From contig OZ024743.1 in the NCBI GenBank assembly GCA_964016885.1, forward strand, positions 135,718,001 through 135,782,000: DNA of 64,000 nucleotides, written 5' to 3'. The notes beneath the pieces are model-generated. The model did no database searches. It had not been told where the DNA came from and was given only the letters and a program-made list of their open reading frames with translations. This DNA is from Eledone cirrhosa. Its lineage: Eukaryota. The position numbers and the translations under genes were made by a program. Position 1 is the stretch's first letter; each line of letters opens with the position of its first letter. Positions 36,530-49,850 of this stretch are shown piece after piece.

Positions 36530-39500
36530 CTTGGTGTTTGGTGTTTGGTGCTTGGTGTTTGGTGCTTGGTACTTGGTGCTTGGTGCTTGGTGTTAGGTGT
36601 TTGGTGCTTGGTGTTTGGTGTCTGGTTTTTGGTGCTTGGTGCTTGGTGTTTGGTGCTTGCTGCTGGCTGCTTGGTGTTTGGTGCTTGGTGATTGGTGCTT
36701 GGTGTTTGGTGCTTGGTGTTTGGTGTTTGGTGCTAGATGCTTGGTGTTTGGTGCTTGGTGCTTGGTGTTTGTACTTGGTGCTTGGTGCTTGGTTCTTGGT
36801 GTTTGGTGCTTGGTGCTTGGTGTTTGGTGCTTGGTGCTTGGTGTTTGGTGCTTGGTGTTTGGTGCTTGGTGCTTGGTGCTTGGTGTTTGTACTTGGTGCT
36901 TGGTGCTTGGTGTTTGGTTCTTGGTTCTTGGTGTTTAGTACTTGGTGCTTGGTGCTTGGTGCTTGATGTTTGGTGTTTGGTGGTTGGTGTTTGGTGCTTG
37001 GTGCTTGGTGCTTGGTGTTAGGTGTTTGGTGCTTGATCCTTGGTGTTTGGTGCTTGGTGTTTGGTGTTTGCTGTCTGCTTTTTGGTGTTTAGTGTTTGCT
37101 GTATGGTGTTTGGTGCTTGGTACTTGGTGTTTGGTCTTTGGTGCTTGGTGTTTGGTGCTTGGTGCTTGGTGTTTGGTGTTTGGTGCTTGGTGCTTGGTGT
37201 TTGGTGTTATATGCTTGGTGTTTGATGCTTGGTGCTTGGTGCTTGGTGTTTGGTGTTTGGTGTTTGTACTTGGTGCTTGGTGCTTGGTGCTTGGTGTTTG
37301 GTGCTTGGTGTTTGGTGCTTGGTGCTTGGTGCTTGGTGCTTGGTGCTTGGTGTTTGGTGGTTGGTGTTTGGTGCTTGGTGTTAGGTGTTTGGTGCTTGGT
37401 GCTTGGTGTTTGGTGTTTGGTGCTTGGTGTTTGGTGTTTGGTGCTTGGTGTTTGGTGCTTGGTACTTGGTGCTTGGTGCTTGGTGTTAGGTGTTTGGTGC
37501 TTGGTGTTTGGTGCTTGGTGTTTGGTGCTTGGTGCTTGGTGCTTGGTGCTTGGTGTTTGTTGGTTGGTGTTTGGTGCTTGGTGTTAGGTGTTTGGTGCTT
37601 GGTGCTTGGTGTTTGGTGTTTGGTGCTTGGTGTTTGGTGTTTGGTGCTTGGTGTTTGGTGCTTTTTGCTTGGTGCTTGGTGCTTGGTGTTTGGTGCTTGG
37701 TTCTTGGTGTTTGGTGCTGGGTGCTTGGTGTTTGGTGTTTGGTGTTATATGCTTGGTGTTTGATGCTTGGTGCTTGGTGCTTGGTGTTTGGTGTTTGGTG
37801 CTTGGTGTTTGATGCTTGGTGCTTGGTGCTTGGTGTTTGGTGCTTGGTGCTTGGTGTTTGGTGCTTGGTGCTTGGTGTTTGGTGTTTGGTGCTTGGTGTT
37901 TGGTGCTTGGTGCTTGGTGCTTGGGGCTTGGTGTTTGGTGGTTGGTGCTTGGTGCTTGGTGTTAGGTGTTTGGTGCTTGGTGCTTGGTGTTTGGTGTTTG
38001 GTGCTTGGTGTTTGGTGTTTGGTGCTTGGTGTTTGGTGCTTGGTACTTGGTGCTTGGTGCTTGGTGTTAGGTGTTTGGTGCTTGGTGTTTGGTGTCTGGT
38101 TTTTGGTGCTTGGTGCTTGGTGTTTGGTGCTTGCTGCTGGCTGCTTGGTGTTTGGTGCCTGGTGATTGGTGCTTGGTGTTTGGTGCTTGGTGTTTGGTGT
38201 TTGGTGCTAGGTGCTTGGTGTTTGGTTCTTGGTGCTTGGTGTTTGTACTTGGTGCTTGGTGCTTGGTTCTTGGTGTTTGGTGCTTGCTGCTTGGTGTTTG
38301 GTGCTTGGTGCTTGGTGTTTGGTGCTTGGTGTTTGGTGCTTGGTGTTTGGTGCTTGGTGCTTGGTGCTTGGTGTTTGGTGCCTGGTGTTTGGTGCTTGGT
38401 GTTAGGTGTTTGGTGCTTGGTGCTTGGTGTTAGGTGTTTGGTGCTTGGTGTTTGGTGCTTGGTGTTTGGTGCTTGGTGCTTGGTGCTTGGTGCTTGGTGT
38501 TTGGTGGTTGGTGTTTGGTGCTTGGTGTTAGGTGTTTGGTGCTTGGTGCTTGGTGTTTGGTGTTTGGTACTTGATGTTTGGTGTTTGGTGCTTGGTGTTT
38601 GGTGCTTTTTGCTTGGTGCTTGGTGCTTGGTGTTTGGTGCTTGGTGCTTGGTGTTTGGTGCTGGGTGCTTGGTGTTTGGTGTTTGGTGTTATATGCTTGG
38701 TGTTTGATGCTTGGTGCTTGGTGCTTGGTGTTTGGTGTTTGGTGCTTGGTGTTTGATGCTTGGTGCTTGGTGCTTGGTGTTTGGTAATTGGTGCTTGGTG
38801 TTTGGTGCTTGGTGCTTGGTGTTTGGTGCTTGGTGTTTGGTGCTTGGTGTTTGGTGCTTCGTGCTTGGTGCTTGGTGCTTGGTGTTTGGTGGTTGGTGCT
38901 TGGTGCTTGGTGTTAGGTGTTTGGTGCTTGGTGCTTGGTGTTTGGTGTTTGGTGCTTGGTGTTTGGTGTTTGGTGCTTGGTGTTTGGTGCTTGGTACTTG
39001 GTGCTTGGTGCTTGGTGTTAGGTGTTTGGTGCTTGGTGTTTGGTGTCTGGTTTTTGGTGCTTGGTGCTTGGTGTTTGGTGCTTGCTGCTGGCTGCTTGGT
39101 GTTTTGTGCTTGGTGATTGGTGCTTGGTGTTTGGTGCTTGGTGTTTGGTGTTTGGTGCTAGGTGCTTGGTGTTTGGTGCTTGGTGCTTGGTGTTTGTACT
39201 TGGTGCTTGGTGCTTGGTTCTTGGTGTTTGGTGCTTGGTGCTTGGTGTTTGTTGCTTGGTGCTTGGTGGTTGGTGCTTGGTGTTTGGTGCTTGGTGTTTG
39301 GTGCTTGGTTCTTGGTGCTTGGTGTTTGGTGCTTGGTGTTTGGTGCTTGGTGTTAGGTGTTTGGTGCTTGGTGTTTGGTGCTTGGTACTTGGTGCTTGGT
39401 GCTTGGTGTTTGTACTTGGTGCTTGGTGCTTGGTTCTTGGTGTTTGGTGCTTGGTGCTTGGTGTTTGGTGCTTGGTGCTTGGTGTTTGGTGCTTGGTGTT

Positions 39501-42500
39501 TGGTGCTTGGTGCTTGGTGCTTGGTGTTTGTACTTGGTGCTTGGTGCTTGGTGTTTGGTTCTTGGTTCTTGGTGTTTGGTACTTGGTGCTTGGTGCTTGG
39601 TGCTTGATGTTTGGTGTTTGGTGGTTGGTGTTTGGTGCTTGGTCCTTGGTGTTTGGTGCTTGGTGTTTGGTGTTTGCTGTCTGCTTTTTGGTGTTTAGTG
39701 TTTGCTGTATGGTGTTTGGTGTTTGCTGTTTGGTGTTTGGTCTTTGGTGCTTGGTGTTTGGTGCTTGGTGCTTGGTGTTTGGTGTTTGGTGCTTAGTGCT
39801 TGGTGTTTGGTGTTATATGCTTGGTGTTTGATGCTTGGTGCTTGGTGCTTGGTGTTTGGTGTTTGTACTTGGTGCTTGGTGCTTGGTGCTTGGTGTTTGG
39901 TGCTTGGTGTTTGGTGCTTGGTGCTTGGTGCTTGGTGCTTGGTGCTTGGTGTTTGGTGGTTGGTGTTTGGTGCTTGGTGTTAGGTGTTTGGTGCTTGGTG
40001 CTTGGTGTTTGGTGTTTGGTGCTTGGTGTTTGGTGTTTGGTGCTTGGTGTTTGGTGCTTGGTACTTGGTGCTTGGTGCTTGGTGTTAGGTGTTTGGTGCT
40101 TGGTGTTTGGTGCTTGGTGTTTGGTGCTTGGTGCTTGGTGCTTGGTGCTTGGTGTTTGGTGGTTGGTGTTTGGTGCTTGGTGTTAGGTGTTTGGTGCTTG
40201 GTGCTTGGTGTTTGGTGTTTGGTGCTTGGTGTTTGGTGTTTGGTGCTTGGTGTTTGGTGCTTTTTGCTTGGTGCTTGGTGCTTGGTGTTTGGTGCTTGGT
40301 TCTTGGTGTTTGGTGCTGGGTGCTTGGTGTTTGGTGTTTGGTGTTATATGCTTGGTGTTTGGTGCTTGGTGATTGGTGCTTGGTGTTTGGTGCTTGGTGT
40401 TTGGTGTTTGGTGCTAGGTGCTTGGTGTTTGGTGCTTGGTGCTTGGTGTTTGTACTTGGTGCTTGGTGCTTGGTTCTTGGTGTTTGGTGCTTGGTGCTTG
40501 GTGTTTGGTGCTTGGTGCTTGGTGTTTGGTGCTTGGTGTTTGGTGCTTGGTGTTTGGTGCTTGGTTCTTGGTGCTTGGTGTTTGGTGCTTGGTGTTTGGT
40601 GCTTGGTGTTAGGTGTTTGGTGCTTGGTGTTTGGTGCTTGGTACTTGGTGCTTGGTGCTTGGTGTTAGGTGTTTGGTGCTTGGTGTTTGGTGTCTGGTTT
40701 TTGGTGCTTGGTGCTTGGTGTTTGGTGCTTGCTGCTGGCTGCTTGGTGTTTGGTGCCTGGTGATTGGTGCTTGGTGTTTGGTGCTTGGTGTTTGGTGTTT
40801 GGTGCTAGGTGCTTGGTGTTTGGTTCTTGGTGCTTGGTGTTTGTACTTGGTGCTTGGTGCTTGGTTCTTGGTGTTTGGTGCTTGCTGCTTGGTGTTTGGT
40901 GCTTGGTGCTTGGTGTTTGGTGCTTGGTGTTTGGTGCTTGGTGTTTGGTGCTTGGTGCTTGGTGCTTGGTGTTTGGTGCCTGGTGTTTGGTGCTTGGTGT
41001 TAGGTGTTTGGTGCTTGGTGCTTGGTGTTAGGTGTTTGGTGCTTGGTGTTTGGTGCTTGGTGTTTGGTGCTTGGTGCTTGGTGCTTGGTGCTTGGTGTTT
41101 GGTGGTTGGTGTTTGGTGCTTGGTGTTAGGTGTTTGGTGCTTGGTGCTTGGTGTTTGGTGTTTGGTACTTGGTGTTTGGTGTTTGGTGCTTGGTGTTTGG
41201 TGCTTTTTGCTTGGTGCTTGGTGCTTGGTGTTTGGTGCTTGGTGCTTGGTGTTTGGTGCTGGGTGCTTGGTGTTTGGTGTTTGGTGTTATATGCTTGGTG
41301 TTTGATGCTTGGTGCTTGGTGCTTGGTGTTTGGTGTTTGGTGCTTGGTGTTTGATGCTTGGTGCTTGGTGCTTGGTGTTTGGTAATTGGTGCTTGGTGTT
41401 TGGTGCTTGGTGCTTGGTGTTTGGTGCTTGGTGTTTGGTGCTTGGTGTTTGGTGCTTCGTGCTTGGTGCTTGGTGCTTGGTGTTTGGTGGTTGGTGCTTG
41501 GTGCTTGGTGTTAGGTGTTTGGTGCTTGGTGCTTGGTGTTTGGTGTTTGGTGCTTGGTGTTTGGTGTTTGGTGCTTGGTGTTTGGTGCTTGGTACTTGGT
41601 GCTTGGTGCTTGGTGTTAGGTGTTTGGTGCTTGGTGTTTGGTGTCTGGTTTTTGGTGCTTGGTGCTTGGTGTTTGGTGCTTGCTGCTGGCTGCTTGGTGT
41701 TTGGTGCCTGGTGATTGGTGCTTGGTGTTTGGTGCTTGGTGTTTGGTGTTTGGTGCTAGGTGCTTGGTGTTTGGTTCTTGGTGCTTGGTGTTTGTACTTG
41801 GTGCTTGGTGCTTGGTTCTTGGTGTTTGGTGCTTGGTGCTTGGTGTTTGGTGCTTGGTGCTTGGTGTTTGGTGCTTGGTGTTTGGTGCTTGGTGTTTGGT
41901 GCTTGGTGCTTGGTGCTTGGTGTTTGGTGCCTGGTGTTTGGTGCTTGGTGTTAGGTGTTCGGTGCTTGGTGCTTGGTGTTAGGTGTTTGGTGCTTGGTGT
42001 TTGGTGCTTGGTGTTTGGTGCTTGGTGCTTGGTGCTTGGTGCTTGGTGTTTGGTGGTTGGTGTTTGGTGCTTGGTGTTAGGTGTTTGGTGCTTGGTGCTT
42101 GGTGTTTGGTGTTTGGTACTTGGTGTTTGGTGTTTGGTGCTTGGTGTTTGGTGCTTGGTACTTGGTGCTTGGTGCTTGGTGTTAGGTGTTTGGTGCTTGG
42201 TGTTTGGTGTCTGGTTTTTGGTGCTTGGTGCTTGGTGTTTGGTGCTTGCTGCTGGCTGCTTGGTGTTTGGTGCTTGGTGATTGGTGCTTGGTGTTTGGTG
42301 CTTGGTGTTTGGTGTTTGGTGCTAGATGCTTGGTGTTTGGTGCTTGGTGCTTGGTGTTTGTACTTGGTGCTTGGTGCTTGGTTCTTGGTGTTTGGTGCTT
42401 GGTGCTTGGTGTTTGGTGCTTGGTGCTTGGTGTTTGGTGCTTGGTGTTTGGTGCTTGGTGCTTGGTGCTTGGTGTTTGTACTTGGTGCTTGGTGCTTGGT

Positions 42501-45500
42501 GTTTGGTTCTTGGTTCTTGGTGTTTAGTACTTGGTGCTTGGTGCTTGGTGCTTGATGTTTGGTGTTTGGTGGTTGGTGTTTGGTGCTTGGTGCTTGGTGC
42601 TTGGTGTTAGGTGTTTGGTGCTTGATCCTTGGTGTTTGGTGCTTGGTGTTTGGTGTTTGCTGTCTGCTTTTTGGTGTTTAGTGTTTGCTGTATGGTGTTT
42701 GGTGCTTGGTACTTGGTGTTTGGTCTTTGGTGCTTGGTGTTTGGTGCTTGGTGCTTGGTGTTTGGTGTTTGGTGCTTGGTGCTTGGTGTTTGGTGTTATA
42801 TGCTTGGTGTTTGATGCTTGGTGCTTGGTGCTTGGTGTTTGGTGTTTGGTGTTTGTACTTGGTGCTTGGTGCTTGGTGCTTGGTGTTTGGTGCTTGGTGT
42901 TTGGTGCTTGGTGCTTGGTGCTTGGTGCTTGGTGCTTGGTGTTTGGTGGTTGGTGTTTGGTGCTTGGTGTTAGGTGTTTGGTGCTTGGTGCTTGGTGTTT
43001 GGTGTTTGGTGCTTGGTGTTTGGTGTTTGGTGCTTGGTGTTTGGTGCTTGGTACTTGGTGCTTGGTGCTTGGTGTTAGGTGTTTGGTGCTTGGTGTTTGG
43101 TGCTTGGTGTTTGGTGCTTGGTGCTTGGTGCTTGGTGCTTGGTGTTTGTTGGTTGGTGTTTGGTGCTTGGTGTTAGGTGTTTGGTGCTTGGTGCTTGGTG
43201 TTTGGTGTTTGGTGCTTGGTGTTTGGTGTTTGGTGCTTGGTGTTTGGTGCTTTTTGCTTGGTGCTTGGTGCTTGGTGTTTGGTGCTTGGTTCTTGGTGTT
43301 TGGTGCTGGGTGCTTGGTGTTTGGTGTTTGGTGTTATATGCTTGGTGTTTGATGCTTGGTGCTTGGTGCTTGGTGTTTGGTGTTTGGTGCTTGGTGTTTG
43401 ATGCTTGGTGCTTGGTGCTTGGTGTTTGGTGCTTGGTGCTTGGTGTTTGGTGCTTGGTGCTTGGTGTTTGGTGTTTGGTGCTTGGTGTTTGGTGCTTGGT
43501 GCTTGGTGCTTGGGGCTTGGTGTTTGGTGGTTGGTGCTTGGTGCTTGGTGTTAGGTGTTTGGTGCTTGGTGCTTGGTGTTTGGTGTTTGGTGCTTGGTGT
43601 TTGGTGTTTGGTGCTTGGTGTTTGGTGCTTGGTACTTGGTGCTTGGTGCTTGGTGTTAGGTGTTTGGTGCTTGGTGTTTGGTGTCTGGTTTTTGGTGCTT
43701 GGTGCTTGGTGTTTGGTGCTTGCTGCTGGCTGCTTGGTGTTTGGTGCCTGGTGATTGGTGCTTGGTGTTTGGTGCTTGGTGTTTGGTGTTTGGTGCTAGG
43801 TGCTTGGTGTTTGGTTCTTGGTGCTTGGTGTTTGTACTTGGTGCTTGGTGCTTGGTTCTTGGTGTTTGGTGCTTGCTGCTTGGTGTTTGGTGCTTGGTGC
43901 TTGGTGTTTGGTGCTTGGTGTTTGGTGCTTGGTGTTTGGTGCTTGGTGCTTGGTGCTTGGTGTTTGGTGCCTGGTGTTTGGTGCTTGGTGTTAGGTGTTT
44001 GGTGCTTGGTGCTTGGTGTTAGGTGTTTGGTGCTTGGTGTTTGGTGCTTGGTGTTTGGTGCTTGGTGCTTGGTGCTTGGTGCTTGGTGTTTGGTGGTTGG
44101 TGTTTGGTGCTTGGTGTTAGGTGTTTGGTGCTTGGTGCTTGGTGTTTGGTGTTTGGTACTTGATGTTTGGTGTTTGGTGCTTGGTGTTTGGTGCTTTTTG
44201 CTTGGTGCTTGGTGCTTGGTGTTTGGTGCTTGGTGCTTGGTGTTTGGTGCTGGGTGCTTGGTGTTTGGTGTTTGGTGTTATATGCTTGGTGTTTGATGCT
44301 TGGTGCTTGGTGCTTGGTGTTTGGTGTTTGGTGCTTGGTGTTTGATGCTTGGTGCTTGGTGCTTGGTGTTTGGTAATTGGTGCTTGGTGTTTGGTGCTTG
44401 GTGCTTGGTGTTTGGTGCTTGGTGTTTGGTGCTTGGTGTTTGGTGCTTCGTGCTTGGTGCTTGGTGCTTGGTGTTTGGTGGTTGGTGCTTGGTGCTTGGT
44501 GTTAGGTGTTTGGTGCTTGGTGCTTGGTGTTTGGTGTTTGGTGCTTGGTGTTTGGTGTTTGGTGCTTGGTGTTTGGTGCTTGGTACTTGGTGCTTGGTGC
44601 TTGGTGTTAGGTGTTTGGTGCTTGGTGTTTGGTGTCTGGTTTTTGGTGCTTGGTGCTTGGTGTTTGGTGCTTGCTGCTGGCTGCTTGGTGTTTTGTGCTT
44701 GGTGATTGGTGCTTGGTGTTTGGTGCTTGGTGTTTGGTGTTTGGTGCTAGGTGCTTGGTGTTTGGTGCTTGGTGCTTGGTGTTTGTACTTGGTGCTTGGT
44801 GCTTGGTTCTTGGTGTTTGGTGCTTGGTGCTTGGTGTTTGTTGCTTGGTGCTTGGTGGTTGGTGCTTGGTGTTTGGTGCTTGGTGTTTGGTGCTTGGTTC
44901 TTGGTGCTTGGTGTTTGGTGCTTGGTGTTTGGTGCTTGGTGTTAGGTGTTTGGTGCTTGGTGTTTGGTGCTTGGTACTTGGTGCTTGGTGCTTGGTGTTT
45001 GTACTTGGTGCTTGGTGCTTGGTTCTTGGTGTTTGGTGCTTGGTGCTTGGTGTTTGGTGCTTGGTGCTTGGTGTTTGGTGCTTGGTGTTTGGTGCTTGGT
45101 GCTTGGTGCTTGGTGTTTGTACTTGGTGCTTGGTGCTTGGTGTTTGGTTCTTGGTTCTTGGTGTTTGGTACTTGGTGCTTGGTGCTTGGTGCTTGATGTT
45201 TGGTGTTTGGTGGTTGGTGTTTGGTGCTTGGTCCTTGGTGTTTGGTGCTTGGTGTTTGGTGTTTGCTGTCTGCTTTTTGGTGTTTAGTGTTTGCTGTATG
45301 GTGTTTGGTGTTTGCTGTTTGGTGTTTGGTCTTTGGTGCTTGGTGTTTGGTGCTTGGTGCTTGGTGTTTGGTGTTTGGTGCTTAGTGCTTGGTGTTTGGT
45401 GTTATATGCTTGGTGTTTGATGCTTGGTGCTTGGTGCTTGGTGTTTGGTGTTTGTACTTGGTGCTTGGTGCTTGGTGCTTGGTGTTTGGTGCTTGGTGTT

Positions 45501-47745
45501 TGGTGCTTGGTGCTTGGTGCTTGGTGCTTGGTGCTTGGTGTTTGGTGGTTGGTGTTTGGTGCTTGGTGTTAGGTGTTTGGTGCTTGGTGCTTGGTGTTTG
45601 GTGTTTGGTGCTTGGTGTTTGGTGTTTGGTGCTTGGTGTTTGGTGCTTGGTACTTGGTGCTTGGTGCTTGGTGTTAGGTGTTTGGTGCTTGGTGTTTGGT
45701 GCTTGGTGTTTGGTGCTTGGTGCTTGGTGCTTGGTGCTTGGTGTTTGGTGGTTGGTGTTTGGTGCTTGGTGTTAGGTGTTTGGTGCTTGGTGCTTGGTGT
45801 TTGGTGTTTGGTGCTTGGTGTTTGGTGTTTGGTGCTTGGTGTTTGGTGCTTTTTGCTTGGTGCTTGGTGCTTGGTGTTTGGTGCTTGGTTCTTGGTGTTT
45901 GGTGCTGGGTGCTTGGTGTTTGGTGTTTGGTGTTATATGCTTGGTGTTTGGTGCTTGGTGATTGGTGCTTGGTGTTTGGTGCTTGGTGTTTGGTGTTTGG
46001 TGCTAGGTGCTTGGTGTTTGGTGCTTGGTGCTTGGTGTTTGTACTTGGTGCTTGGTGCTTGGTTCTTGGTGTTTGGTGCTTGGTGCTTGGTGTTTGGTGC
46101 TTGGTGCTTGGTGTTTGGTGCTTGGTGTTTGGTGCTTGGTGTTTGGTGCTTGGTTCTTGGTGCTTGGTGTTTGGTGCTTGGTGTTTGGTGCTTGGTGTTA
46201 GGTGTTTGGTGCTTGGTGTTTGGTGCTTGGTACTTGGTGCTTGGTGCTTGGTGTTAGGTGTTTGGTGCTTGGTGTTTGGTGTCTGGTTTTTGGTGCTTGG
46301 TGCTTGGTGTTTGGTGCTTGCTGCTGGCTGCTTGGTGTTTGGTGCCTGGTGATTGGTGCTTGGTGTTTGGTGCTTGGTGTTTGGTGTTTGGTGCTAGGTG
46401 CTTGGTGTTTGGTTCTTGGTGCTTGGTGTTTGTACTTGGTGCTTGGTGCTTGGTTCTTGGTGTTTGGTGCTTGCTGCTTGGTGTTTGGTGCTTGGTGCTT
46501 GGTGTTTGGTGCTTGGTGTTTGGTGCTTGGTGTTTGGTGCTTGGTGCTTGGTGCTTGGTGTTTGGTGCCTGGTGTTTGGTGCTTGGTGTTAGGTGTTTGG
46601 TGCTTGGTGCTTGGTGTTAGGTGTTTGGTGCTTGGTGTTTGGTGCTTGGTGTTTGGTGCTTGGTGCTTGGTGCTTGGTGCTTGGTGTTTGGTGGTTGGTG
46701 TTTGGTGCTTGGTGTTAGGTGTTTGGTGCTTGGTGCTTGGTGTTTGGTGTTTGGTACTTGGTGTTTGGTGTTTGGTGCTTGGTGTTTGGTGCTTTTTGCT
46801 TGGTGCTTGGTGCTTGGTGTTTGGTGCTTGGTGCTTGGTGTTTGGTGCTGGGTGCTTGGTGTTTGGTGTTTGGTGTTATATGCTTGGTGTTTGATGCTTG
46901 GTGCTTGGTGCTTGGTGTTTGGTGTTTGGTGCTTGGTGTTTGATGCTTGGTGCTTGGTGCTTGGTGTTTGGTAATTGGTGCTTGGTGTTTGGTGCTTGGT
47001 GCTTGGTGTTTGGTGCTTGGTGTTTGGTGCTTGGTGTTTGGTGCTTCGTGCTTGGTGCTTGGTGCTTGGTGTTTGGTGGTTGGTGCTTGGTGCTTGGTGT
47101 TAGGTGTTTGGTGCTTGGTGCTTGGTGTTTGGTGTTTGGTGCTTGGTGTTTGGTGTTTGGTGCTTGGTGTTTGGTGCTTGGTACTTGGTGCTTGGTGCTT
47201 GGTGTTAGGTGTTTGGTGCTTGGTGTTTGGTGTCTGGTTTTTGGTGCTTGGTGCTTGGTGTTTGGTGCTTGCTGCTGGCTGCTTGGTGTTTGGTGCCTGG
47301 TGATTGGTGCTTGGTGTTTGGTGCTTGGTGTTTGGTGTTTGGTGCTAGGTGCTTGGTGTTTGGTTCTTGGTGCTTGGTGTTTGTACTTGGTGCTTGGTGC
47401 TTGGTTCTTGGTGTTTGGTGCTTGGTGCTTGGTGTTTGGTGCTTGGTGCTTGGTGTTTGGTGCTTGGTGTTTGGTGCTTGGTGTTTGGTGCTTGGTGCTT
47501 GGTGCTTGGTGTTTGGTGCCTGGTGTTTGGTGCTTGGTGTTAGGTGTTCGGTGCTTGGTGCTTGGTGTTAGGTGTTTGGTGCTTGGTGTTTGGTGCTTGG
47601 TGTTTGGTGCTTGGTGCTTGGTGCTTGGTGCTTGGTGTTTGGTGGTTGGTGTTTGGTGCTTGGTGTTAGGTGTTTGGTGCTTGGTGCTTGGTGTTTGGTG
47701 TTTGGTACTTGGTGTTTGGTGTTTGGTGCTTGGTGTTTGGTGCTT
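36530..47745 (+). repeat. Apparently perfect direct tandem duplication, unit 5589 bp (36530-42118 / 42119-47707), with internal 951- and 2598-bp sub-repeats
   Basis: More than 20 identical ORF pairs at offset 5589 (e.g. 36597/42186, 37490/43079, 38711/44300, 39835/45424, 41620/47209). Private variants TTAGTAC (A at 36937/42526), TTGATCC, TTGGGGC and GTTCGG (C at 41960/47549) occur in both copies. Confidence 0.94.
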
Positions 47746-49850
47746 TTTGCTTGGTGCTTGGTGCTTGGTGTTTGGTGCTTGGTGCTTGGTGTTTGGTGCT
47801 GGGTGCTTGGTGTTTGGTGTTTGGTGTTATATGCTTGGTGTTTGATGCTTGGTGCTTGGTGCTTGGTGTTTGGTGTTTGGTGCTTGGTGTTTGATGCTTG
47901 GTGCTTGGTGCTTGGTGTTTGGTAATTGGTGCTTGGTGTTTGGTGCTTGGTGCTTGGTGTTTGGTGCTTGGTGTTTGGTGCTTGGTGTTTGGTGCTTCGT
48001 GCTTGGTGCTTGGTGCTTGGTGTTTGGTGGTTGGTGCTTGGTGCTTGGTGTTTGGTGTTTGGTGCTTGGTGTTTGGTGCTTGGTACTTGGTGCTTGGTGC
48101 TTGGTGTTAGGTGTTTGGTGCTTGGTGTTTGGTGTCTGGTTTTTGGTGCTTGGTGCTTGGTGTTTGGTGCTTGCTGCTGGCTGCTTGGTGTTTTGTGCTT
48201 GGTGATTGATGCTTGGTGTTTGGTGCTTGGTGTTTGGTGTTTGGTGCTAGGTGCTTGGTGTTTGGTGCTTGGTGCTTGGTGTTTGTACTTGGTGCTTGGT
48301 GCTTGGTTCTTGGTGTTTGGTGCTTGGTGCTTGGTGTTTGTTGCTTGGTGCTTGGTGGTTGGTGCTTGGTGTTTGGTGCTTGGTGTTTGGTGCTTGGTTC
48401 TTGGTGCTTGGTGTTTGGTGCTTGGTGTTTGGTGCTTGGTGTTAGGTGTTTGGTGCTTGGTGTTTGGTGCTTGGTACTTGGTGCTTGGTGCTTGGTGTTT
48501 GTACTTGGTGCTTGGTGCTTGGTTCTTGGTGTTTGGTGCTTGGTGCTTGGTGTTTGGTGCTTGGTGCTTGGTGTTTGGTGCTTGGTGTTTGGTGCTTGGT
48601 GCTTGGTGCTTGGTGTTTGTACTTGGTGCTTGGTGCTTGGTGTTTGGTTCTTGGTTCTTGGTGTTTGGTACTTGGTGCTTGGTGCTTGGTGCTTGATGTT
48701 TGGTGTTTGGTGGTTGGTGTTTGGTGCTTGGTCCTTGGTGTTTGGTGCTTGGTGTTTGGTGTTTGCTGTCTGCTTTTTGGTGTTTAGTGTTTGCTGTATG
48801 GTGTTTGGTGTTTGCTGTTTGGTGTTTGGTCTTTGGTGCTTGGTGTTTGGTGCTTGGTGCTTGGTGTTTGGTGTTTGGTGCTTAGTGCTTGGTGTTTGGT
48901 GTTATATGCTTGGTGTTTGATGCTTGGTGCTTGGTGCTTGGTGTTTGGTGTTTGTACTTGGTGCTTGGTGCTTGGTGCTTGGTGTTTGGTGCTTGGTGTT
49001 TGGTGCTTGGTGCTTGGTGCTTGGTGCTTGGTGCTTGGTGTTTGGTGGTTGGTGTTTGGTGCTTGGTGTTAGGTGTTTGGTGCTTGGTGCTTGGTGTTTG
49101 GTGTTTGGTGCTTGATGTTTGGTGTTTGGTGCTTGGTGTTTGGTGCTTGGTACTTGGTGCTTGGTGCTTGGTGTTAGGTGTTTGGTGCTTGGTGTTTGGT
49201 GCTTGGTGTTTGGTGCTTGGTGCTTGGTGCTTGGTGCTTGGTGTTTGGTGGTTGGTGTTTGGTGCTTGGTGTTAGGTGTTTGGTGCTTGGTGCTTGGTGT
49301 TTGGTGTTTGGTGCTTGGTGTTTGGTGTTTGGTGCTTGGTGTTTGGTGCTTTTTGCTTGGTGCTTGGTGCTTGGTGTTTGGTGCTTGGTTCTTGGTGTTT
49401 GGTGCTGGGTGCTTGGTGTTTGGTGTTTGGTGTTATATGCTTGGTGTTTGGTGCTTGGTGATTGGTGCTTGGTGTTTGGTGCTTGGTGTTTGGTGTTTGG
49501 TGCTAGGTGCTTGGTGTTTGGTGCTTGGTGCTTGGTGTTTGTACTTGGTGCTTGGTGCTTGGTTCTTGGTGTTTGGTGCTTGGTGCTTGGTGTTTGGTGC
49601 TTGGTGCTTGGTGTTTGGTGCTTGGTGTTTGGTGCTTGGTGTTTGGTGCTTGGTTCTTGGTGCTTGGTGTTTGGTGCTTGGTGTTTGGTGCTTGGTGTTA
49701 GGTGTTTGGTGCTTGGTGTTTGGTGCTTGGTACTTGGTGCTTGGTGCTTGGTGTTAGGTGTTTGGTGCTTGGTGTTTGGTGTCTGGTTTTTGGTGCTTGG
49801 TGCTTGGTGTTTGGTGCTTGCTGCTGGCTGCTTGGTGTTTTGTGCTTGGT
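43600..49850 (+). repeat. Further overlapping copy at offset 3549/3500 (~43600-46340 recurs at ~47150-49840)
   Basis: ORF pairs 43660/47209 and 44300/47849 (offset 3549). ORF pairs 44751/48251, 44946/48446, 45291/48791, 45776/49276 and 46007/49507 (offset 3500). Confidence 0.85.
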
